A program made the translations under genes and the position numbers. Under the pieces are notes generated by a model. The model was not told the DNA's origin, did no database searches, and saw only the letters and a list, made by a program, of their open reading frames with translations. DNA of 64,000 nt from a virus (taxonomy: Duplodnaviria; Caudoviricetes): the IMG/VR virus record IMGVR_UViG_3300032007_000001. One strand, given 5' to 3'. Within the stretch, counting starts at the first letter, position 1, and each line of letters opens with the position of its first letter. Shown here one piece after another: positions 39,270 through 49,792 of the stretch.

Positions 39270-39929
39270 ATGCGATATTCAAAAGGAGATTTAGTTTGGA
39301 TTAAGCAAGAAAAGAAGCTTGTAAATGAAATCAATGAAAACAAAATTGATGGTAATTATTTTGGAGACCATTTTATTGTAAAAGGCTATCCTTTTAAGTC
39401 ATGTTATTGCAATACAATGATGTGCATTGAACAAATTAACGTTAATATGAAGCATCAGTGTTTTATTACGTTGGTTGATCGTGATGATAGCGGAATCAAA
39501 ATTGAAGTTCCTGTAGAAGTACTTGAAGACCATACGCCATATAATACGATTACTCTGCTTTGCTATGCATTGGATGTAAAACGTTATGATGTGTTTGGTC
39601 TTAATAATGTGCCAGACAAATACGAGAAAACATTGTTTAGATTTACAGAAGATAGCGTCGAAATGATATTTGATGATGAAAATGAATGGAGACAATGTGA
39701 CCTTGGCATTAATTATTTCTTATATGGTGGAGATGTCGTAAAAGAAGAATTCCCAGAAGACCATACGATGTTTTATGTTCCGTCAGTTTCTGGTGACCCA
39801 GATACATTTATTTATGAAAGAAAGAAAAACCACGACAAATACGAAGAATTGAAAGCAATGGATTGCTTATTTGAAAATAAAGATGATGCTATAAAAAGAG
39901 CAAGTGAAATTAGAGAATTGCTTCTTTGA
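39270..39929 (+). CDS. Hypothetical protein
   Basis: GAGGAGG RBS before MRYSKGD. Confidence 0.7.
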   Translation: MRYSKGDLVWIKQEKKLVNEINENKIDGNYFGDHFIVKGYPFKSCYCNTMMCIEQINVNMKHQCFITLVDRDDSGIKIEVPVEVLEDHTPYNTITLLCYALDVKRYDVFGLNNVPDKYEKTLFRFTEDSVEMIFDDENEWRQCDLGINYFLYGGDVVKEEFPEDHTMFYVPSVSGDPDTFIYERKKNHDKYEELKAMDCLFENKDDAIKRASEIRELLL

Positions 39930-39945
39930 TACTGGAGGATATTAT

Positions 39946-40263
39946 ATGCCAGCAACAAATGCTAATCTTTTGGATTCATTAAATCAAGATTATGGAAGAA
40001 TTCATTATCTTGCAGAAGATTACATTAAAAAAATAGACAACTTATACGAACGAGGAAAATACAAAATTTATGGAAATACTTTTGCGTTTACATGCAATGC
40101 TCTTCATGAAGACAGTTGCGAAAAGATAGCAGATGAGATAAAAAACATAAGGGGTTATGCAAATGTCGAAATAAAAATTGTATCTGATGGTGGATATGAA
40201 GAACTTGAATGCAAATGTGATTTTATAGCATCAATATTTATTGAACCAAAATTAATAAAATAA
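39946..40263 (+). CDS. Hypothetical protein
   Basis: GGAGG RBS before MPAT. Confidence 0.65.
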   Translation: MPATNANLLDSLNQDYGRIHYLAEDYIKKIDNLYERGKYKIYGNTFAFTCNALHEDSCEKIADEIKNIRGYANVEIKIVSDGGYEELECKCDFIASIFIEPKLIK

Positions 40264-40297
40264 TATATATTTTTCTATAAATGAAAGGAGAATTATC

Positions 40298-40519
40298 ATG
40301 TTAGCTGAAGTTAGGAGAAAGAAGAACGGGAAGACTATTTTCGAGTATAAACACAAGGATTATGAAACCTTGAAGGCTATTCTGCATGAGTATCTTCAAA
40401 ATCATGGTTATATTGTAGATGAGTGCAATTATGACGTTTATAAAATCGATGGCGGAGAATTTTTTGCATATATCTACGATGATATAGAAACAGAAGATTC
40501 GGAAGCAAAGGAAGAATAA
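40298..40519 (+). CDS. Hypothetical protein
   Basis: AAAGGAG RBS. Confidence 0.65.
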   Translation: MLAEVRRKKNGKTIFEYKHKDYETLKAILHEYLQNHGYIVDECNYDVYKIDGGEFFAYIYDDIETEDSEAKEE

Positions 40520-40521
40520 AT

Positions 40522-40707
40522 ATGAATAAACACGAAGGAATGAAATTGTATCATTTCGTTGCCAGACTTCTGTTTACGAAAAAGTTAATAGAAGAAGGTA
40601 AGGGTGACATAGAATCCTTAAAAATCAAGAAACAAAAAAATCTAGAATATTTGTATGATATGCTTGATGAAAGTGTTTACAAAAAATTAATTAAAGCAAA
40701 CGTATGA
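40522..40707 (+). CDS. Hypothetical protein
   Basis: ORF in gene run. Confidence 0.55.
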   Translation: MNKHEGMKLYHFVARLLFTKKLIEEGKGDIESLKIKKQKNLEYLYDMLDESVYKKLIKANV

Positions 40708-40719
40708 GGAGTTGAAAAT

Positions 40720-41091
40720 GTGAGAGAAAAATACACAGATGATGATTTGAAAATTAAAATGCGTTGCGTGGAGAACATAAATCATTTTTATAATGAAATC
40801 ACATATTTTGTATATTTTACAATTTCTCTCACAAATGATAAAAGCAAAAAAATAAGTGGGATTATAGATTTCCATAATCTTATTTATAATTGTTGCGGCC
40901 ATTATGGACCATATAAGCTATATATAGAAAGAAATATTGATAATAGTTTGAATTCATTTTTACTCGGTTCTGCTAAAGCTAAAGATTTTGATTTTGTTAC
41001 ATACTTAAAAAACAATTATAATGAAAAAATAAAAGATGTCATCTCTTGTTTCATTATAAATAAAGTTTCAAAAATAATGTTTGGATTTTGA
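40720..41091 (+). CDS. Hypothetical protein, G-Phi family (ends FGF)
   Basis: GAGGAG RBS. Confidence 0.6.
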   Translation: MREKYTDDDLKIKMRCVENINHFYNEITYFVYFTISLTNDKSKKISGIIDFHNLIYNCCGHYGPYKLYIERNIDNSLNSFLLGSAKAKDFDFVTYLKNNYNEKIKDVISCFIINKVSKIMFGF

Positions 41092-41118
41092 AAGTGCACA
41101 AAAGGTGCACTTTTTTTA

Positions 41119-41147
41119 TTTACATTTTTTCTTTTTTATGGTATAAT
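41119..41147 (+). promoter_or_regulatory. Sigma-A-like promoter TTTACA-17-TATAAT
   Basis: Consensus match ahead of the G-Phi array. Confidence 0.65.
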
Positions 41148-41175
41148 TTACAATAAAAAAAGGAAAAAATAATGA

Positions 41176-41505
41176 ATGCAAATTCAATTTAATGGTATTA
41201 CTGGAGAATTGAATATAGAAAGAGAACCAAGTCCATTTGCAAGAAATCATCTCAAACTTTCTTATGAATTTAGAAATAAATCGGAACAAATAAAAAATTG
41301 GTTTTATTTGGACCGCATGAAAGAATACATTTTTGGAAAAGAAAATTTCATTAGTAATTTTATGATATCGTTATTTGTAATAAAGAATCTACATGAAGAT
41401 AAAAAATTATATCGTGATTTAACTCAAAATAAAAGATTTGAATTATGTCAAGAATTACATAGATATTTCAAAACATATTTAGCTTTGGTGTATGTGGGGC
41501 TTTAA
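41176..41505 (+). CDS. Hypothetical protein, G-Phi family (ends VGL)
   Basis: Paralogue of 41508 (LNI..E.S.FAR). Confidence 0.65.
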   Translation: MQIQFNGITGELNIEREPSPFARNHLKLSYEFRNKSEQIKNWFYLDRMKEYIFGKENFISNFMISLFVIKNLHEDKKLYRDLTQNKRFELCQELHRYFKTYLALVYVGL

Positions 41506-41507
41506 TT

Positions 41508-41846
41508 ATGGATATAAGATTTGAAGATATTACGTTAAAATTGAATATAAAAAAAGAAACTAGTCGTTTTGCTAGAGGACAAAATAGATTGGATTGGGAA
41601 ATGAAAAACGACCGTGGTGAAGAATTGAAAAGTTATTTTTACTTAAAAGACATAAGAAAATATTTGTTTGGTTATAGCGAAAGTTTTAGAAGCGATTTTG
41701 AAAGGTCTTTTTATGGGATTATAAATGATTCAAATAGAAACATGCAATTATATAAAGACATAATTTGGAATAAAAGAGATAAGTTTTATGATGCTATAGG
41801 CAATTATTTTATCGAATATCTTGCATTAAGGTCGATTGGGTTTTGA
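41508..41846 (+). CDS. Hypothetical protein, G-Phi family (ends IGF)
   Basis: Paralogue of 41176. Confidence 0.65.
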   Translation: MDIRFEDITLKLNIKKETSRFARGQNRLDWEMKNDRGEELKSYFYLKDIRKYLFGYSESFRSDFERSFYGIINDSNRNMQLYKDIIWNKRDKFYDAIGNYFIEYLALRSIGF

Positions 41847-42165
41847 TATGCAATTTAGAAAAAATATAAAAAATTTCCTAAATATGTTGGTTATTTCATA
41901 CAAAATGTACGATGATAAAAATAATTTGAAATATGTTGGAAACGTAATTGAACGAAAAGACATGTGTTATGAAAATATTACTATTGGAATAATGCATGAA
42001 AATACATTTAACAACTGTGTTAGGGAATTTGAAATGATTAAAAAAGATATAGTTCCAACTGCAAAAAGTTTATCAAAAGGAACGAATATATCTTTAAGTC
42101 ATGCGATTGAGTTTATTCAATTTTTATTGAAAGATGATTTGTTTATAAAAACAAGAGGATTGTAA
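41836..42165 (+). CDS. Hypothetical protein, G-Phi family (ends RGL)
   Basis: ORF in array. Confidence 0.6.
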   Translation: MGFDMQFRKNIKNFLNMLVISYKMYDDKNNLKYVGNVIERKDMCYENITIGIMHENTFNNCVREFEMIKKDIVPTAKSLSKGTNISLSHAIEFIQFLLKDDLFIKTRGL

Positions 42166-42166
42166 A

Positions 42167-42793
42167 ATGAATTATATAGAATTGGAAGATTTGGATAATA
42201 TCATTTTTAGAAACAAAACTTATTTTAAGCATCTTGGCTATATACATAGCAATAAATTTATTAATGAAATTTTCAATACGACAAGCAATAAATACAATAT
42301 TTTCTTTTTCAAAGAAAGTATAAAAAATGGCATAAATATTAAGCATTATATTACAAGAAGAAACAAAAAAATAATAGCATATTGGCTTCATAGAAAACAA
42401 TGCTCGAGGATTTTGCAATGTTTCGATGAATTTATGATACATCATAGTATTCTTACAGACTTCGATGAAAAAAATGTAGATAAAAAATACATAAAAGAAT
42501 TTTGGGAAAATCATTCCATCGAAGAAATAGAAAACATGGATGAACAATGGTTTTTTGACCGTATGTTTTTTTATTCAAGAGTAATAGATTATTGGCATGT
42601 TTCTGACCCATATTATGCAAAAAATATGAGAAAAAAAGATGTTGATATTATTTTGTCAAGGGATTTTAGTAAGGCAAAATACTTGAGAGTAACGCCTGGC
42701 CAATGGAGAACAGAATATTGGCTCGAACCATTTTTTGATAAAAAGAATTTTGGCAATTTATATGATAGAAGTATATTCGGTTGGTTTTTATAA
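42167..42793 (+). CDS. Hypothetical protein, paralogue of 48121..48777
   Basis: Shared MNY.[ED]LE.L, QW.FDR, LEP.F.KK. Confidence 0.7.
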   Translation: MNYIELEDLDNIIFRNKTYFKHLGYIHSNKFINEIFNTTSNKYNIFFFKESIKNGINIKHYITRRNKKIIAYWLHRKQCSRILQCFDEFMIHHSILTDFDEKNVDKKYIKEFWENHSIEEIENMDEQWFFDRMFFYSRVIDYWHVSDPYYAKNMRKKDVDIILSRDFSKAKYLRVTPGQWRTEYWLEPFFDKKNFGNLYDRSIFGWFL

Positions 42794-42802
42794 GGAGAAA
42801 CA

Positions 42803-43105
42803 ATGAATTTTAAGAACAAAAAAATATATAAAATTGATAACAAATATATTGCTATCAAATATTATTTGTATGAAGGAGACAATAAAATATATATTATTAT
42901 GTCTAAGAATAAATGTTTTGCTGAACACATGCATGGAGAATATTCTTTTGAAACGCCAACAATCGATGATATGTATTTGCACAACCTAAAAATAGAAAAG
43001 GATTTTTACATAACTGGGAAAGATGTTGGATTAAGAGATTTATTAAGATTAAATGTTGTTGTTAACGATTTTGTAAAATCATTGAATATATATTTTGGTT
43101 TGTAG
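42803..43105 (+). CDS. Hypothetical protein, G-Phi family (ends FGL)
   Basis: AAGGAG RBS. Confidence 0.65.
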   Translation: MNFKNKKIYKIDNKYIAIKYYLYEGDNKIYIIMSKNKCFAEHMHGEYSFETPTIDDMYLHNLKIEKDFYITGKDVGLRDLLRLNVVVNDFVKSLNIYFGL

Positions 43106-43232
43106 CGTGCAGTTTTTTATGCATAGAAAAAAATATTGATTTTCTATATAAAAACGTACTAATGGTTCACATTTCGCGAGATAAAATTTATAAAAAAATT
43201 TAAGATATTAAAAAAATAAAAGGAGAATTACA

Positions 43233-43445
43233 ATGAGATTAGATGCATATGATTTAATAAATCAAGTAAAAGGATTGTCTGGCGATGAAAAAACAAAACA
43301 GACAGTAATTAGTTTACTTTACGCATTAAATGACCACGGATATAATTTTACTGTTTGCGATAGATGTGGTACAATAACAGATGAAAAATATGTATGCAGA
43401 AATTGTGGATACGATGATTCCATGATTGAGGATGACAGAGATTAA
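43233..43445 (+). CDS. Small zinc-ribbon protein
   Basis: CDRCG...CRNCG; AAAGGAG RBS. Confidence 0.65.
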   Translation: MRLDAYDLINQVKGLSGDEKTKQTVISLLYALNDHGYNFTVCDRCGTITDEKYVCRNCGYDDSMIEDDRD

Positions 43446-43500
43446 AGAATATGAGCATATTTATTTTCGATATGCTCTTTTAAGTTGAAAGGAGAAATAT

Positions 43501-43761
43501 ATGAAAAGATATTGGGGCGTTATGCCAGGTGATGAAATAGACAAAACATTATATTTTAAGGAAGAAAATGGTACCAATGTAATCATTGATGTTGGCAAGA
43601 ATGGATGGACCGTTACATTTTGCGACCGTTCTATGATATATAAAGATAAGACACAAGATGTTCTTGACAATCTTAGAGATGCTATAAAACAAGCAGAATT
43701 TAAGGTTGGAAAGTTAACATTGATTTACAATACAGATAAAGAACTGGAAGAATTTAGATGA
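43501..43761 (+). CDS. Hypothetical protein
   Basis: GAAAGGAG RBS. Confidence 0.65.
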   Translation: MKRYWGVMPGDEIDKTLYFKEENGTNVIIDVGKNGWTVTFCDRSMIYKDKTQDVLDNLRDAIKQAEFKVGKLTLIYNTDKELEEFR

Positions 43762-43848
43762 TCTTAAAAATATTGCTTAATGGATATTTTGTTGGTCTTA
43801 TTACAGGAATAATTATAACAGCAGTTGTTGGGGTTATAATAACAAAAA

Positions 43849-44160
43849 ATGAAGAAGACGATTCAGATAAATAAAACGGCATTTATTGATTTTATTCTTA
43901 TAAAAAATAAAGTTGTGAATTCATATCTTGATTGTTATACAATAAAATATTTTATTTACTGTAATGAGGGTGTAATTACAAAAGGTGATATAAACGTTTT
44001 TTCATTAAGAGATATTATTTTTGGAAAAACTGATTTATGCATTAAATTTATACATTCTACATCATATAAGGAATTAGCAAAAATTGATTATAAAACATAC
44101 ATTTTCAGTGCGATTCAAGAATATAGAAAATATATGATTAAAAGGTTTATAGGATATTAA
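43849..44160 (+). CDS. Hypothetical protein, G-Phi family (ends IGY)
   Basis: Paralogue of 44162. Confidence 0.6.
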   Translation: MKKTIQINKTAFIDFILIKNKVVNSYLDCYTIKYFIYCNEGVITKGDINVFSLRDIIFGKTDLCIKFIHSTSYKELAKIDYKTYIFSAIQEYRKYMIKRFIGY

Positions 44161-44161
44161 G

Positions 44162-44488
44162 ATGAAAGAAATGACAATTCCAATAAACGAAAAAACGAAT
44201 ATATATTTAAGCTTAAATAAATTTAGAACAAATCATATTAGAAATTATTTGTTTGAATATAAAATTTTTGATAAAAAAGAATCAATATCTGGTAGTATTG
44301 GTTCTTTTTCTATAAATGAATTTTCTTTTGAAAATATAAATTTGCATGGACATTTCTTAGAATCTATATATATGAAATCACCCAAAACTGAAAAAATTTA
44401 TGATACTATAATAAGTGAAAAACATAATATTTATAGAGCAATGCTTTTATATAGAAGATTTATAATTAAAATGAATATTGGGTTGTGA
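44162..44488 (+). CDS. Hypothetical protein, G-Phi family (ends IGL)
   Basis: Paralogue of 43849. Confidence 0.6.
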   Translation: MKEMTIPINEKTNIYLSLNKFRTNHIRNYLFEYKIFDKKESISGSIGSFSINEFSFENINLHGHFLESIYMKSPKTEKIYDTIISEKHNIYRAMLLYRRFIIKMNIGL

Positions 44489-44712
44489 GGAGTAATAAAA
44501 TGAAAAACGATAATTTGAAATTTTTAAGAGAAATGTACCCAAAAGGAACAAAGGTACAATTGGATTTTATGGATGATATTCAAGCTCCTCATATTGGAAG
44601 TATTGGAATAGTAGAATGCGTTGATGATGCTTGTCAAATTCATGTTAAATGGGAAAACGGTTCTCGTCTGGCGTTAATATCAGAATGCGATAAATTTCAT
44701 ATTGTGGAGTGA
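44485..44712 (+). CDS. DUF4314-like protein
   Basis: YPKGTKVQL..MDD.QAP..G..G.V..VDD..QIHVKWENGSRLALI..CD.F. Confidence 0.75.
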   Translation: MRSNKMKNDNLKFLREMYPKGTKVQLDFMDDIQAPHIGSIGIVECVDDACQIHVKWENGSRLALISECDKFHIVE

Positions 44713-44993
44713 AAAAAATGATAAAAGAAAAAGACATTATAATGTTCAATACTTTAATGAAACAATTAAATGATTTACAAGAAAAAATAAAAGATTATAA
44801 TCAAAACGCTTCTATAAATTTGTTTTCGTGTTGTGATAAAAATGAGAATGATTATTGTGCTCTATTTATAACAGATGGAAATGTCAAAGAAATAAAAAAT
44901 ATATTTATCACTGGCAAAAAATTAGAAAACGCAGAATTCTATAGTAGAAGTGATATAAAAACATTGATAGAAAATATAAAGGAAAAATTATGA
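44709..44993 (+). CDS. Hypothetical protein
   Basis: ORF in gene run. Confidence 0.55.
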   Translation: MKKMIKEKDIIMFNTLMKQLNDLQEKIKDYNQNASINLFSCCDKNENDYCALFITDGNVKEIKNIFITGKKLENAEFYSRSDIKTLIENIKEKL

Positions 44994-45313
44994 ATACAAC
45001 CATGCAAATTAATGATATTATAATAGAAATTGATATCATTAAAAATGGTGCAATAAGAATATATTACACTATTTATGATGGAAAAGACATTATAAAAAAT
45101 TGGTTTGTTTGTGAAGAATTACATAGATATATGTCCTGTTGGGAAAATATGTTCTATTGGGAAAGTATGGTTAATGCTTTTTTAAGAAATTTAAGTATTT
45201 ATTATGAACGACCAATATATAAAAAAATCAAATATAATAATGATTATTTGGTATTTTTAAGCGAATTGGAAAAATTTTTCGATAAATATGTAAGAATATG
45301 TTGTGGATTATAA
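44990..45313 (+). CDS. Hypothetical protein, G-Phi family (ends CGL)
   Basis: ATGA overlap. Confidence 0.6.
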   Translation: MNTTMQINDIIIEIDIIKNGAIRIYYTIYDGKDIIKNWFVCEELHRYMSCWENMFYWESMVNAFLRNLSIYYERPIYKKIKYNNDYLVFLSELEKFFDKYVRICCGL

Positions 45314-45323
45314 GGAGAAATAA

Positions 45324-45557
45324 ATGAATAAATCAAGAGCAAAAATTATTGGATTAAATGCATGTATCGATGCAATTGGAAGAGAGTATTATTTTGAACA
45401 TAAAAAAGACGCAATGTCATGTTATGGCATTGTTGGAAACGAAATGATGTGTGTCGCTGGTATTGGGAAAATAAAACGAAATTTTGGAGAAATAGATGAA
45501 TTTGAGAAACAGGTTATATGTTACGTTAATTTAACAACTGGTAAAGTTAGATTTTAA
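45324..45557 (+). CDS. Hypothetical protein
   Basis: AAGGAG RBS. Confidence 0.6.
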   Translation: MNKSRAKIIGLNACIDAIGREYYFEHKKDAMSCYGIVGNEMMCVAGIGKIKRNFGEIDEFEKQVICYVNLTTGKVRF

Positions 45558-45570
45558 GAGGAGACATATA

Positions 45571-45909
45571 ATGGTAGCACATATAGGTGGGAAAAAATGC
45601 AAAGTAAACGCTTCTTTCAAAGACAACAATGATTGCTATTCTGATTTATTTAGATTATTAGTCGTAATTACTGGGAATAGATATAACAATGATAATGACG
45701 GTGAAAGATTTTCGTTTTCTTTTGTATTGCCAAGAAATGTAAATAAAATAAAACAATATATAGATGCATCAATTTATTTGAATGTTGGATTAATAAGAAC
45801 TTCATGTAGTCAACAACATATGAAAATGTTTTTATTGGAACATAAAAATGAAATTGCAAATTTGGCTATAAAATCTTATATATATGGAATTAAAAAACAT
45901 GGGATGTAA
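45571..45909 (+). CDS. Hypothetical protein, G-Phi family (ends HGM)
   Basis: GAGGAG RBS. Confidence 0.6.
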   Translation: MVAHIGGKKCKVNASFKDNNDCYSDLFRLLVVITGNRYNNDNDGERFSFSFVLPRNVNKIKQYIDASIYLNVGLIRTSCSQQHMKMFLLEHKNEIANLAIKSYIYGIKKHGM

Positions 45910-45958
45910 TAGTAATGGAAAAATTATTATAAAAAAATAAAATTTATTTACTTTTCTA

Positions 45959-45987
45959 TTTACATTTTTTTAATTTTGTTGTATAAT
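45959..45987 (+). promoter_or_regulatory. Sigma-A-like promoter TTTACA-17-TATAAT
   Basis: Consensus match. Confidence 0.6.
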
Positions 45988-46020
45988 GATAATGTAAATA
46001 TTTTATTTTGAGGAGAAATT

Positions 46021-46971
46021 ATGAAAAACAATATCTTATATACTCATGATGATTTAGATGGAGTTGGTTGTGCTATTCTAGCAAAACTTGCTTTTGAAGA
46101 TGACGTTGATATTGTTTATTGCAAAGATAAGGATGAATGTACAAAATCTTTACTTTCTCTTATCCCAAACCATTTATTCAAGGCTTGTGAAAGGATTTTT
46201 GTAACAGATTTAAGTTTTGATAAAGAAAAATTTAGTGAAAACAAAAAAATTTTTTCCAAACTTAAAATATTTGACCATCATGAAACAGCTATCGTTGATT
46301 TTGAAAAAGAAAAATATGCATATGTAAAAAAAGACATTGACGGTGTCCAAACATGCGGAACAGAATTGTTTTATATTTATTTGAAAAGAAAAGGTTTTAT
46401 TGAAGATAGAAATTTTTTCGTTGAACAAATTAGATTATACGATACTTGGGAATGGAATAAATTCCCAAGCAAATTACCGTATTATCTTAATCTTTTAAGG
46501 TATACAATTGGAATTACTGGATTTGTCAATACATTTACAGAAAGATTAATGAAAAATGATGTTAATGAACTTAACATTTTTAATCAATATGAAAGAGATA
46601 TTATTGAACTTAAATTAAAAGAAAACGAAAGAGAAATAAAAAATTATTTATCAGATGTTAGAAGAGTAAAAACGAAGTATGGTACATTTGGATTTGTATT
46701 CGTTGGAAACAACTGTGATGTATCAAATCTTGGACATGCAATTTGTGATTTAGAAGATATTGATATTGCGGTTATGGCAAAACCAAATTCTGGTAAAATG
46801 TCATTTAGGACAAACAGAAACGATATTCACATTGGATTAATGTTAAAAGAATTATTTGGTGATTCTGCTGGTGGGCATTCTTCAAGTGCTGGTTGCAAAG
46901 TAAAAGATATGACTGTGCAAAGAGTAATTTGTCAAATGATGCAACCATTTGGGAATATTGAAATAGATTAA
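46021..46971 (+). CDS. DHH/DHHA1-family phosphoesterase
   Basis: THDDLDG, VTDLS, FDHH, SFRT, GGHSSSAG. Confidence 0.9.
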   Translation: MKNNILYTHDDLDGVGCAILAKLAFEDDVDIVYCKDKDECTKSLLSLIPNHLFKACERIFVTDLSFDKEKFSENKKIFSKLKIFDHHETAIVDFEKEKYAYVKKDIDGVQTCGTELFYIYLKRKGFIEDRNFFVEQIRLYDTWEWNKFPSKLPYYLNLLRYTIGITGFVNTFTERLMKNDVNELNIFNQYERDIIELKLKENEREIKNYLSDVRRVKTKYGTFGFVFVGNNCDVSNLGHAICDLEDIDIAVMAKPNSGKMSFRTNRNDIHIGLMLKELFGDSAGGHSSSAGCKVKDMTVQRVICQMMQPFGNIEID

Positions 46972-46973
46972 AA

Positions 46974-47381
46974 ATGAAAACAAAAATTGTTCGAAAAAAT
47001 GAAAAAGATATTGAAATTAAGGTTTTGTTTAGTGGAGAAACTAATGCAAAAGTATTTATTAAGATTCAATATGATGAAATTTATATAAGAGAACCATCAA
47101 AGTACCACACTCTTTTATTTAATTTCTATTTTTTCAGAGATTTTTTACAAAAGATAGACGAACATGTATATAATGTAATACTTTATCATTTTTTGAAAAA
47201 GAAAGATAAAAAAGTAGATGATGAAACAATTTCCCAAAATTTTTTTTGGACAGAAAATGGAGAAGAGGAATGTAATGAACACAACAATCATTTACAAACA
47301 TTCATATTAGATAGAATAGACGTTATAACAAATTCATTAAAAGATGCTTATTTATTAACAATACGTAAGAATGGTTTTTAA
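46974..47381 (+). CDS. Hypothetical protein, G-Phi family (ends NGF)
   Basis: ORF. Confidence 0.6.
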   Translation: MKTKIVRKNEKDIEIKVLFSGETNAKVFIKIQYDEIYIREPSKYHTLLFNFYFFRDFLQKIDEHVYNVILYHFLKKKDKKVDDETISQNFFWTENGEEECNEHNNHLQTFILDRIDVITNSLKDAYLLTIRKNGF

Positions 47382-47384
47382 GAG

Positions 47385-47774
47385 GTGATTATTATGACAG
47401 CGGCTAACAGCAAGGTTTATCAGAAAAATATTTTCGCAATGGGCAAGCTTATCAAAAAGAAAAGAGAAGAATATAACATATCTGCAAAATTTTTAGCTAC
47501 AGTGGCAAATGTAGATGTTTCTGTTATTCATAAATTGGAAAACGAACATGCACCAGCCAGTATAGAAGTCATTGAGAGGCTCATTGTGGCTCTTGAATTT
47601 ACACACAAATTGAATGCTATGGCAAATTTGTATGATGATTTGGATGAACATGAAAAAGCAGAATCGATGAGAAAAGCAAGACCGTTGTTTGAAAAACGGA
47701 AAATGCAGAAACTCTTAGATAAGCCTCTTGGTTCATTTAAGATTATTCACCCATTAGCAAAAAAAGAGGCGTAA
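47385..47774 (+). CDS. XRE-family helix-turn-helix protein
   Basis: GKLIKKKREEYNIS...LA....V..S.I..LEN....S.E.IERL. Confidence 0.75.
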   Translation: MIIMTAANSKVYQKNIFAMGKLIKKKREEYNISAKFLATVANVDVSVIHKLENEHAPASIEVIERLIVALEFTHKLNAMANLYDDLDEHEKAESMRKARPLFEKRKMQKLLDKPLGSFKIIHPLAKKEA

Positions 47775-47800
47775 AGCCTCTTTTTTAATGGAGAAAAAAT

Positions 47801-48112
47801 ATGATTAACTTAAAAAATATAAGAATAAAAAATCACGAATATAAAATTTTTAATGATGAACAATATAATGCAACCATTTATTACGAAATTGATTATAAAG
47901 AAATGGAATTTAAGAATTTTGTTCTTGCTGATACAATAAAATTTTCTCATGATAAATTTAAGAAAAGAGTCCTTGGATCTTTGCATAAATTTTCAAATTA
48001 TGTTGAATTTTGGTTTTTTGTTCAAAAACATATAGATGCAATTGCATTCGAACTAGCTTTTGTAACTGGTAAAAAACTTAAACACTATGAAATAAGTAAT
48101 GATGGATTATAG
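47801..48112 (+). CDS. Hypothetical protein, G-Phi family (ends DGL)
   Basis: GGAG RBS. Confidence 0.6.
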   Translation: MINLKNIRIKNHEYKIFNDEQYNATIYYEIDYKEMEFKNFVLADTIKFSHDKFKKRVLGSLHKFSNYVEFWFFVQKHIDAIAFELAFVTGKKLKHYEISNDGL

Positions 48113-48120
48113 GAGGTTAT

Positions 48121-48777
48121 ATGAATTATTTGGATTTAGAAACATTGACAGAAAAAGAGAGAAATACAAGAAGATTATCTAGAAAATTTAAGAAACAAAA
48201 TTTATATACTCCTCAATATCTTTGGTATTATTTGAAACACTCTACAAAATATAAATTTAATACAATGCCGGTTTTGTTAGCCATAAAAAATTTTGATTAT
48301 AATATTAATCATATAATTACTAGAGAAAATAAAAAAAATAAAACATGGTGGCTCAACGCTCATCAAACATATAAATTTATCGTTCATTTTGATTTTTATT
48401 TATCAAATGAATTACCATTTGCTTATAGCGTTGAACAAACGAATGAAAAATTCTTAAATCCATATATAAAAAAATTTATAAAATCAAAAAATATAAAATA
48501 CATGGAAAATACAGATAATCAATGGTTATTTGACCGCGCATATTTTTTTTGGCAATGCGAAGAATATGAAATGAGCAAACATTATTGTAATGTACATGCT
48601 CCTAAAACATTAAAAGATGATGAAATAACATCATTGAATTTAAGAGAATATAGAATAATAAATAATTTTCCAATTGAAGAATCTAGAATGAAAGTTCAAT
48701 TAGAGCCAATCTTTTCAAAAAAAGAAATTGGTAAAATGTTTGATTATAGAACATTTGGATATTATTGTGGATTATGA
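48121..48777 (+). CDS. Hypothetical protein, paralogue of 42167; G-Phi family (ends CGL)
   Basis: AGGAGG RBS. Confidence 0.7.
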   Translation: MNYLDLETLTEKERNTRRLSRKFKKQNLYTPQYLWYYLKHSTKYKFNTMPVLLAIKNFDYNINHIITRENKKNKTWWLNAHQTYKFIVHFDFYLSNELPFAYSVEQTNEKFLNPYIKKFIKSKNIKYMENTDNQWLFDRAYFFWQCEEYEMSKHYCNVHAPKTLKDDEITSLNLREYRIINNFPIEESRMKVQLEPIFSKKEIGKMFDYRTFGYYCGL

Positions 48778-48858
48778 AAATTGTATAAACAAAATTTTGC
48801 CGCTTATAAGCGGCATTTTATTTACATTTGTTCACACATAATATAATATAAATATTAG

Positions 48859-49185
48859 GTGATAATGATGAAAAATAAAAAAATGTTAGGAACATTAACA
48901 ATTGAAAACATCATTAATGACGCAATTTATAAAAATGGAAAAATTGGATTTTGCGATGCTGAAAACGTTATGATGATTTTCATTACATTGGAGAATATGC
49001 AATTTTTCGTTATTGGAATGTATGAATTACTTACACATGATAGATATGATAAAACGTCAAAAGATTCAATGTTTGAAGTATATACTAATGAAGAAAAACA
49101 TTTTTTAACTATAAATAAATACAAAATTTTAACGTCTATCAACAATTTCTTAAAAAGTTACTATAAATTAAAAGGCGGCATATAA
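48859..49185 (+). CDS. Hypothetical protein, G-Phi family (ends GGI)
   Basis: ORF. Confidence 0.55.
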   Translation: MIMMKNKKMLGTLTIENIINDAIYKNGKIGFCDAENVMMIFITLENMQFFVIGMYELLTHDRYDKTSKDSMFEVYTNEEKHFLTINKYKILTSINNFLKSYYKLKGGI

Positions 49186-49186
49186 A

Positions 49187-49477
49187 ATGTTCTTAAAGAA
49201 TACTAATAAAAATCCTGATTTTATTGAGTATAGTGAACATTTTTATATAAAAAACATTTATATTAACGTTAATTATCAACCAAATAGACATACATATAAT
49301 CTTTATTATAAAATAGATTCGATTTATAATATTATGAGATATACATTAAAATTGTTTGACAAAAAAATGTTTGATAAATACGCAAAAGGATATATTCATT
49401 TATGCGATATAAAAGAAGAAATATATGAAAAAATCTTAGAACAAAAAAATTTCATTGTAAATAAATTTGGATATTAA
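49187..49477 (+). CDS. Hypothetical protein, G-Phi family (ends FGY)
   Basis: ORF. Confidence 0.55.
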   Translation: MFLKNTNKNPDFIEYSEHFYIKNIYINVNYQPNRHTYNLYYKIDSIYNIMRYTLKLFDKKMFDKYAKGYIHLCDIKEEIYEKILEQKNFIVNKFGY

Positions 49478-49489
49478 AGGAGAGTTATT

Positions 49490-49792
49490 ATGCAATCGGA
49501 AATAACATCATTACAAATTTCATTATCTTCAAATAATTATAAAAGCGATTATATCAATTTAGTACAAATCAATAATGTAGATATAGATGTAGACATTCTT
49601 ACATTTACTGGTCATATTTTTTTAGATTATTGGTTTGATTTTTCTATTGATATGACACATAAAATGTATGAAAAGACTTCGCGCCAAGAAGTTGTTGATG
49701 CTATTTATAATTCTTTTTATAAAGGAAAATTACACAATATATTGTGTGGCGTTGTTGAAATAGCAAATAAAAACACAATAGAAATAAAATGA
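49490..49792 (+). CDS. Hypothetical protein
   Basis: AAAGGAG RBS. Confidence 0.6.
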   Translation: MQSEITSLQISLSSNNYKSDYINLVQINNVDIDVDILTFTGHIFLDYWFDFSIDMTHKMYEKTSRQEVVDAIYNSFYKGKLHNILCGVVEIANKNTIEIK